Origin: Rebecca billardiae RCC1528
Taxonomy: Eukaryota; Protista; Haptophyta
Length of the DNA: 64,000 nt
Reading direction: 5' to 3'
Assembly (NCBI GenBank): GCA_965240325.2
Contig: OZ251237.1
Coordinates: forward strand, 310,001 to 374,000
This document shows, in pieces, positions 57,123 through 64,000 of this stretch (its first letter is position 1; every line of letters starts with the position of its first letter). A model generated the notes under the pieces. That model made no database searches. It worked only from the letters and a program-made list of their open reading frames with translations, and had not been told where the DNA came from. Position numbers and translations under genes: made by a program.

Positions 57123-58097
57123 ATGGCGGCCACGGCGTCGAAGATCAAGGCTGAGCTCGTGCGAGAACTCAAGTCGCAGCGCTCGGTGCCCACCTACTTC
57201 CTCGCTTCGCTGATCATCACCGTACTCGCCAGTGCCATGCGCGAGAGCGCGTGGCTCATCGCCCACCGACGCAAGTACGACGGTTTTGTGCGATGGCTCG
57301 CGGACGAGTGCAGCGACGCCCGCCCGTGGATGAAGGAAACCGTGTTGTGCCAGAGCGCGGAGGGCAACTGGCTGGCGCGGGAGCTCATACGTGTGAAACT
57401 TCACGAGCGGAACGGCGACCACTGCGACATCTCGACCCGCGCTGACGGCTGCCGCGCGGAGCCATGCGCCGCGAAGGGCCTCTCCTCCCTCCTCCACTGG
57501 CTTGCACGCGACCGCAGATCTCCGGTGAACAAGCTTGGCTTCCTCCGGCCTCTCAGTGCGAAGCTCCGGATGGCACTGCTACGTTTGGCGGAAGGGACGC
57601 TGCCTCTGTCGGAGCTCAACAAGCTCCTGGTGGAGCTGCCAAGCCTCGCGCGCACGTGGGTTTTGCCCAATCTGGCGTACCCGCATCTTCGCGAGTGGGG
57701 TCTCGTCGTGGCAGAGGCGCCCATCCCTGCGCAAGAGGAGTGCGAGTGCGCGGCCTTCGATGACTGCGCCTGCCGATTCCCGTACGACATGGCTATATGC
57801 TCCATGCCCGTGGCCCGGCGGCGACGCCACACAGGTTCAGACGCAGGGCTCATCGAGGAGGTCACGTGGGGTCAGTGGCTCAAGGCGAACGCGCGCAGAC
57901 TGAGACTGCAGCCCGCACGCATCCGCGAACAGATTGACGAGTTCTCCCTGGCCATGGGGTCGCCCATGGCCATGGAAAAGGTTGCCTCGTCCCTGCTCCG
58001 CCGCACGGAGCAGGCGTACCGGGACTACCACGAGCAAGTGCTCAGGCTTGGAAGCGCCTTGGAATCCACGGTGCTCCACGCCACCTCGGGCACCTGA
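57123..58097 (+). CDS. Orphan 324-aa protein with Cys clusters
   Basis: Intronless frame of normal complexity, lower GC than neighbours. No domain recognised. Confidence 0.6.
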   Translation: MAATASKIKAELVRELKSQRSVPTYFLASLIITVLASAMRESAWLIAHRRKYDGFVRWLADECSDARPWMKETVLCQSAEGNWLARELIRVKLHERNGDHCDISTRADGCRAEPCAAKGLSSLLHWLARDRRSPVNKLGFLRPLSAKLRMALLRLAEGTLPLSELNKLLVELPSLARTWVLPNLAYPHLREWGLVVAEAPIPAQEECECAAFDDCACRFPYDMAICSMPVARRRRHTGSDAGLIEEVTWGQWLKANARRLRLQPARIREQIDEFSLAMGSPMAMEKVASSLLRRTEQAYRDYHEQVLRLGSALESTVLHATSGT

Positions 58098-58147
58098 TCG
58101 CCCAGCCGCGCAGTCCACGCCTCAGCCCCGGCAACTACGTCGTCACG

Positions 58148-58356
58148 CCTCACGGCAGCAGTGACTACTGACTACTGAGGTCACTCACGGGCGTGAGAGA
58201 GTGGCGACTACTAAATGACTACTGACTACTACTGACTACTTGTCTACTGAGGTCACTCACGACGTAGACTCTACGGCCCGGCGCGGAGCCGGTCGTCACC
58301 GGCCTCACGGCAGCAGTGACTACTGACTACTGAGTCACTCATTAACTGAGGTCACT
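58148..58356. repeat. TGACTAC / CTGAGGTCACTC repeat cluster in a convergent intergenic spacer
   Basis: GCCTCACGGCAGCAGTGACTACTGACTACTGAG at 58148 and 58302, (TGACTAC)x3 near 58217, CTGAGGTCACTC x3. Confidence 0.85.
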
Positions 58357-58601
58357 CGACTCATCATCGTCACGACTCTGCTGCTGATAATGTCTGCTGA
58401 TGCTGCTACTCTGACTTACGTACGTCATCACGCACAAAGCGGAACGCTCGCGGGTCGTCACGTCTCGTCCTCGTCTGCTCGTCCATCATATCATGGCAGC
58501 AGACCACGATGCGGGCGGCATGGCCATGGGCCCCATGGGCCATATCCACGGTCGTCATGGGCCAGTGATGGGCTGCCGCCCGCGCCGTGCGGCGTGCAGC
58601 C

Positions 58602-61600
58602 TCACAACATCGCCGCTGCAGACCGGTGCTGCGTGTACGCGTGCGCGCGGCGCTCCTGTCGGGCCTCGCCGGCCCGGCTGCTCCCAGGCTGCTCGCACGA
58701 GTCTTCGCGCGCAGCACTCGCGCCGAGCAGCCGCCGTTCACGCGCGCGGGCGAGCCTCTGGGCGGCCGCGCGCGCGAGCGGCAGCGCGGCACCGAGAACA
58801 AGGAGCGACGCACCGACGCCGAGCAAAGCGTACAGCGGCAGGCGCCACGCGGCGGGCGCCACGGCGCGTGCGCGCGCGGGAGCGCCGCCTCCGGCTGGCG
58901 CTGCTCTCCCCGCCTGCGGCTCGGGCGGCAGCTCGGCGCGCACGGCCCAGCCGCGGTCTGGCGGCGGGGCGGAGACGGGCGCGAAGGCGTCGAGGAAGGA
59001 ACGTGAGGCCGAGAGGGCGGTGCGCGCGCCCTGCGAGCCCGCGCCCGCGGCAGCGCCGCCGCCACCGCTCCCGCGGCCGCCCAGCGCGCCGTCAGCCGTG
59101 CCCATCGCGCCGGACAGGAAGCTTGAAGCCGCCGCCTGCTGCTGGGAGGAGCGTTGGCCCCCCTGCTGCCGGGAGGCCGAGCCCGCCGTGCGGCCGAAGA
59201 AGCCGACCGCGGAGTCGAAGAGAGACCCGCCGCTGCCACCAGCGCCGCCGCCGCTGGCACCGCCGCCGCCGCCGCCGCGCTGCCGGCGCGGCTGCGGCTG
59301 CGGCTGCGTGGGTGGCCGCACGCTGCTGCCACCGCCGGTGCCGCCGCCCAGCCAGCCCAGGGCTGAGTCGAAGAAGGCGCCCGCCTGGCCCGCCCCCGCG
59401 CCGCCTCGCTGCCGCTGCCGGTGGGCGGTGCCGCTGCCGCCAGTGGCGCTCCCCGCGCCGCCGGCGCCACCGCGCTGCTGCGCAGCCTGCGCGAGGCCGG
59501 CGAACTGATGCAGCGCATGGCTCGAGCCCGGCTGCGCGCCACCAGCGCCGCCCCCGCCGCCGCTCGCGCCGCCCGCCGCCGTGTCCGTCACAAAGGCGAG
59601 GGCGTGGTCGATCAGTGCGCCGCTGCCGGCCTGGGTGCTCTGGCCGCCGGCCCCAGCTGCCGCGCCGCCGCCACCGCTCCCTCCCGTGAGCGAGAGCGCC
59701 GAGTCGAACAGCGAGCCTGCGCTCAGGGCGCTCCTGCCGCCGCCGCCGCCGCCCGCGCCCTGCGGCTGCCCTGCCGAGCCTTGCGTGTCCACGCCGCCGC
59801 CGCCGGCGAGGGCGAAGGCGTGGTCGATGAGCGAGCCGGCCGAGTTGGGACCACCGGTGCCCGTCGCGGCGCCACCGCGCGCGCCGCCGCTGCTCGCGAG
59901 CGCGTCGAAGACCGAGCCGGGCGTGAGGCTGCTCGGGCTGCCGCCGCCACGCGGGGCGGTGCTGCGCGGCGCACCGCCCGACCCGCCGGGCGCTCCGCCA
60001 AACCCGCCGCCGCCGCCGCCCGCCTGCTGGCCGCCGCCGCCGCCGCCACCCGTGAGGCTGAGCACGTGGTCGAAGAGCGTGGCGGCGCCCCCGCCCCCGC
60101 CCCCGCCGCTGCCGCGGGTGCCGCCCACGCGCGCACGCCCACGGCCGGCGTCGGCGCCGCCCGGCTGCCCCGCACCGCCCGCCAGGTCGAGCGCCTGGTC
60201 GAAGAGCGAGCCGCCTCCGGGCGTGCTGGCTCCGCCGCCGCGCGGCTGGTCGGCGCCGCCGGCCAGGCTGAGCGCCTGGTCGAAGAGCGAGCCGCCCCCG
60301 GGCGTGCTGCCTCCGCCGCCGCGCGGCTGGCCGCCGCCCGGCGCGCCGCTCCCGCCACCGGCGCCGCTGTCGCCCCAGAGCGAGCCGAGCGAGTCGCGCG
60401 CCCCGCGCGCCGCCGCGCCGCGCGCGCCGTCCTGCTTGCCCGCGCGCGCGAGCGCGGCCGCCGCCGCTGCGTTGATCTCGTCAAAGAGCCCGCCTGCGGT
60501 GTCCGTGAGGCCCTGCTGCGTGCGCAGCAGCAGCGGGAGCGAGGGCGGCGGCGGCGGCGCGCCCTTTGGCTGCGTCGAGCGCATCCACGCGAACGGAGGC
60601 GGCGAGTGCGGCGGGCTGATCGGCGGCGACGGGCTCGGCGACGGCGGCGGCGGCGAGAAGGGCGGCGACGAGGGCGGCGGGTGCTGCAGCTTGCGCACGC
60701 CACCGCCTGGGCGCGCGCGCGAGGACGCGCGGCAGCGCCGTGCGCGCGGTGAGCTCGGCGCGTCCCATGTGGCGCGAGGGCCGCGCACAGCGCGGGCGCG
60801 CGTGCGCGCGCGCGCGTCCGCGCGCACCGCACACGCAGCACGCCGCCTCCGGGCTGTGCGCATCCTCGCCCATCGCGCGCGCGCTGTACACCTGGCCCTC
60901 CGCACACCACGCTGCGCGCGCGGCGGGGCGCGCGCGCGGGGAGGGGTGGGCACGCGTGAGCGCGCGCGAGCTGGCGTGGCGCGCGCGCCGCGCGCTGCAC
61001 ACGCGCCGCGCCGCGCGCCGCGCCGCGCGTACTCTTGATCGCGTACTCTGCGCACGAGTGGCCGTGCGTGTCCGCCCATTGGCGGGTGCTCACGCTGCTC
61101 GGCACGGCCTCGCCCGGCACGTGCAGCGTGGGCGCGCGGCTGGGGTGCGCGCGGTCGGTGCCGAGCCGCAGGTCGACGCAAGGCAGCGAGTCGTCAGCGG
61201 GCGGCGGCGACGGCGGCGGCAGCTCGCGCGAGCCGCCGCCGCACACGCAGCAGTGCGCCTCCGGGGCGTGCGCGTGCGCGCCCCCGTGCCGCTCGGGCCA
61301 CTCGAGCACGCCGTCGATGCACCAGCGCTCCGTGGCGTAGTCCGCGCACGTCTTGTAGTCGTTGTTGTGCCAGTGCGGCGTGTCGTAGCAGCCGGCGATG
61401 CCCGCGCCGACAAAGTGCGCGATCGGGTCGTAGAAGGGGAGCACGTACACGCCTGAGGCCAGGCGGGGGGCGAGCGCCGCAGCGGTGCGCAGCACGGTGA
61501 GCTCGGCGCGCGCCACACCGCGCGAGGGCCACGCCCGGCGCGGACGCGCGCGCGCCGCGGCGCGCACCGTACACGTCGTACTCTCGGTCGAGCTGGAGCT

Positions 61601-61949
61601 GGTCGTCCGCCACCTCGCTCGCGGCGCAGCCGTAGCAGTAGAGTGTGAGCTCGCTCCACGCGAAGTACTCGATGGTGCCCTTCGCGTCGTGCTTCGCCTT
61701 CACCACGCGCTGCTGGCACCCGGCCGCCGAGTCGACAAACATGTCCACCGGCTGGTGCGAGTTGCCGCACCGGTACCCGCGCCGGTAGATGCCGTTCGGC
61801 GCGGGGGGCGGCGGCGGCGGCGCGGACGCGACGGGCGTGGTGGGCGTGATGTGCAGCCCGGGCCACGGGCCGTCATCCGCCGTGCGCACCCCGCGCGCGA
61901 GCAGCAGGGCCGCGAGGGCGTGCGCGAGGGCCCGCCCAGCCAACGACAT
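58602..61949 (-). CDS. Predicted type-I membrane surface protein with Cys-rich modules, poly-Pro linkers and Gly-rich repeats; exons 61949-61568, 61452-61033, 60911-60828, 60706-58602
   Basis: Signal peptide, two C-x-D...W...C..Y...WC...CCVCGGG modules (the second restored by splicing), about 10 GSLFDxAL repeats, and a TM segment LPLYALLGVGASLLVLGAALPL. Confidence 0.75.
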
Positions 61950-62243
61950 GCTCCCACCGACGCACGGATTTCGGCGCCGGATCAGATCCGCGGGCGTTCT
62001 TGTGATCTTTTCGTCCGGGTTTCTTTGAAGAAAAAGCGAAAATGGGCGGCCGGCAAAATACGCGCTTCATTTTCTGCGCGATGGTGATTTTCGATTTTCG
62101 GATCGAAACGCGGCAAACGCGCCGAGGCATCCGCTGCCCGCGCGGTCAACACGCGGCGGCGGCAAGTCTGAATATATGATCGAGCCGTGGAGCTGGGCAG
62201 CGGCACTCGACGGCTCCCCCCATCTGAATCGTTGTCGCTGCTG

Positions 62244-64000
62244 CTACTTGTCGTTGACCACCTTCACCAGCTCGTCGAGCCGCACCGTGCGCTCCTGCAT
62301 CAGCTTCTTGACGCCCTCGCGCGCGTCCTCTGACATGTACGACGCCTGCGTGGTGGCAAAGGGCATCACGCCCGTCGTGAGGTACGTCTCCCAGCGGCGC
62401 TGCGAGGCGATCTCGTTGACCATGCAGTCGACGCCGAGCAGCGTCGTGTACAGGTACTTGGAGAGGATCGAGAAGAGGATCGAGAGCGCGAGCTGCGGGT
62501 TCTTGAACTCCTTGATCGCCTCCTCGATCAGCTTGCGCGCGTCGGTGAAGAAGAGCCAGTACACGATGCACAGGTACGCGACCGACGTGTACATGATGAT
62601 GTAGTAGTTCATCCACGTGAGCACCTGCCGCATCTTGTGGTCCGTCATCGGCTTGGTCACGTTGAAGTGCAGGCCTGGGCCGGCGGCGCCGCGCGGTGGC
62701 GCGCGTGAGCGCGCGCGCGAGCGCGCGCGCGCCCGGCGGCGCGGATCCAGCGCGCCCGCGCGCGCGCCTCCGCCGCACGGGCTCGCGCGAGTCATCGGGC
62801 GGCGCGGCGGCGGCGCGGCGCGCACCGAGGACAAAGTAGGTCATCGGCCCGTACGCGAGCAGCAGCAGGCCCATCAGCATGATGAGGTTGCCCAGCAGCT
62901 GGAAGACGATGTTGTACATGCACCACACGAGCGGGCAGTAGAGCCACGGCAGCATCAGGATGAACATGCCCGGGATCGAGCTCTGCGGCACGAGCGTCTT
63001 GGCGCGCATCGCGCCGCGTATGAGCCCGGGCGCGAGCGAGATGGCGGCGGGCACCATGATCTGGAAGCTCATCATCGCGTGCGAGAGGCCGATGCCCAGC
63101 TCGATGCTGTCCTTCATCCGCTCCACCATCTCCTGCACCGCGAGGTACAGCTCGGTCGAGCCCCGGCCGCCCTCCTCGCCGCTCAGGTACGGCTGGAGCG
63201 CGGTGCACATCGCCTTGGCCTGGCCGATCAGCTGCTGGTCGGTGCCGGAGGCGATGACCTCGCGCGCGTTGCCGCACTGCTTGTGCAGCTCGGACAGGTC
63301 AGCGTTGAACTCCTCGTAGCCGGCCACCTCGATCCTCCGCCTGCCGGCGCGGCGGGGTCGCGTCCGGGCGCGGGCGGGGGGGCGGAGCTGGGGTCGGCTC
63401 GGCGGCCGCGGCGCTGCCGGGTCGCGCTCCCCACGGCGGTGTGCGAGCGCGCGCGCAGCGCGCGCGCGCGCGCGCGCGCACGGCATCTGCTCGACGATGG
63501 AGCACACGTTGTCCACGAGGTTGTACGGGTGGTTCCCTTCGTACTCGATCACGAGGTCGCACAGCTCGTACATCATCTGCTCCTTCTCCGCCGTCTGGAA
63601 GTGCGTGCGGAACTCGACGAGGTAGTCATTCAGCACGGTGTCCATCGCGTCCCAGTCGACAAAGATGCGCACGGGCACGATCGAGATGATGAAGGGGGTG
63701 AGGAAGGTGAGGATCCACGCGAGCCCGACCAACCGGATGCTCAGCCCGTACCGATGCCAGCGCGCGAGCGCCATCAGCGTCGGTATGAGCGCCGCCCACG
63801 AGAAGAAGGCGAGGATGAGGTCGAGCACCGAGTCGACCTGCTTGGCCGGCAGCGTGGTGCGCGCCAGCGCGATCAGCAGGATCTCCTGCTGGTACTCGGG
63901 GAAGTCCATGTCGCACGTGCGCACCGGGTCGCGCTCGAACGCGACGTTGGTCGTGTTGCCGTCGCCCGTCTTGAAGGAGACGATCAGCGCGTCCTGCTCC
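62244..64000 (-). CDS. Multi-pass membrane protein of unknown function, 5' end outside window; exons >64000-63482, 63340-62826, 62674-62244
   Basis: Strong codon bias, at least 7 hydrophobic helices, a Cys-containing loop and two frame-restoring GTGCG...CAG introns. Confidence 0.8.

Noticed and set aside
1110-63924. Hundreds of long overlapping Arg/Ala/Pro-rich ORFs (e.g. 10739-15598 +, 16428-20210 +, 50685-54086 -)
   Set aside because: Antisense or alternate-frame shadows of real genes. Stops are rare at this GC content and the translations have no domain motifs.

Overview
Very GC-rich eukaryotic nuclear DNA. The 18S sequence, bipartite plastid-targeting leaders and a flagellar gene point to a flagellated alga with a complex plastid, most likely a haptophyte (Pavlovophyceae/Diacronema-like; judged by eye, not by search). 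Most long ORFs in the supplied track are antisense or alternate-frame artefacts of the high GC. I reconstructed about 17 protein genes with 32 short GC-rich GT-AG introns: mitochondrial EF-G2, GlyRS, DUF3007, a coiled-coil protein, TOR, a coiled-coil/C1q-like protein, Rab21, CFAP58, SDHA, exportin-4, G3P dehydrogenase, a nucleotidyltransferase-exonuclease-S1 fusion, a DYRK kinase, a VTI1-like SNARE and several unknowns. One complete 18S-5.8S-28S rDNA unit sits between ordinary genes. Best leads: (1) a single polypeptide joining an intact Cid1/TUTase-type nucleotidyltransferase, an intact DEDDy 3'-5' exonuclease and S1-like domains (a possible 'tail-and-trim' RNA enzyme), convergent with the rDNA 3' end; (2) an unidentified ~230-nt nested-stem element downstream of TOR; (3) a TOR FRB domain substituted at two classic rapamycin-resistance positions; (4) a solitary rDNA unit with four repeated boxes behind 28S; (5) GlyRS with a Dpy-30/RIIa-like C-terminal appendage. 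All exon coordinates were derived by hand and may be off by a few bases.
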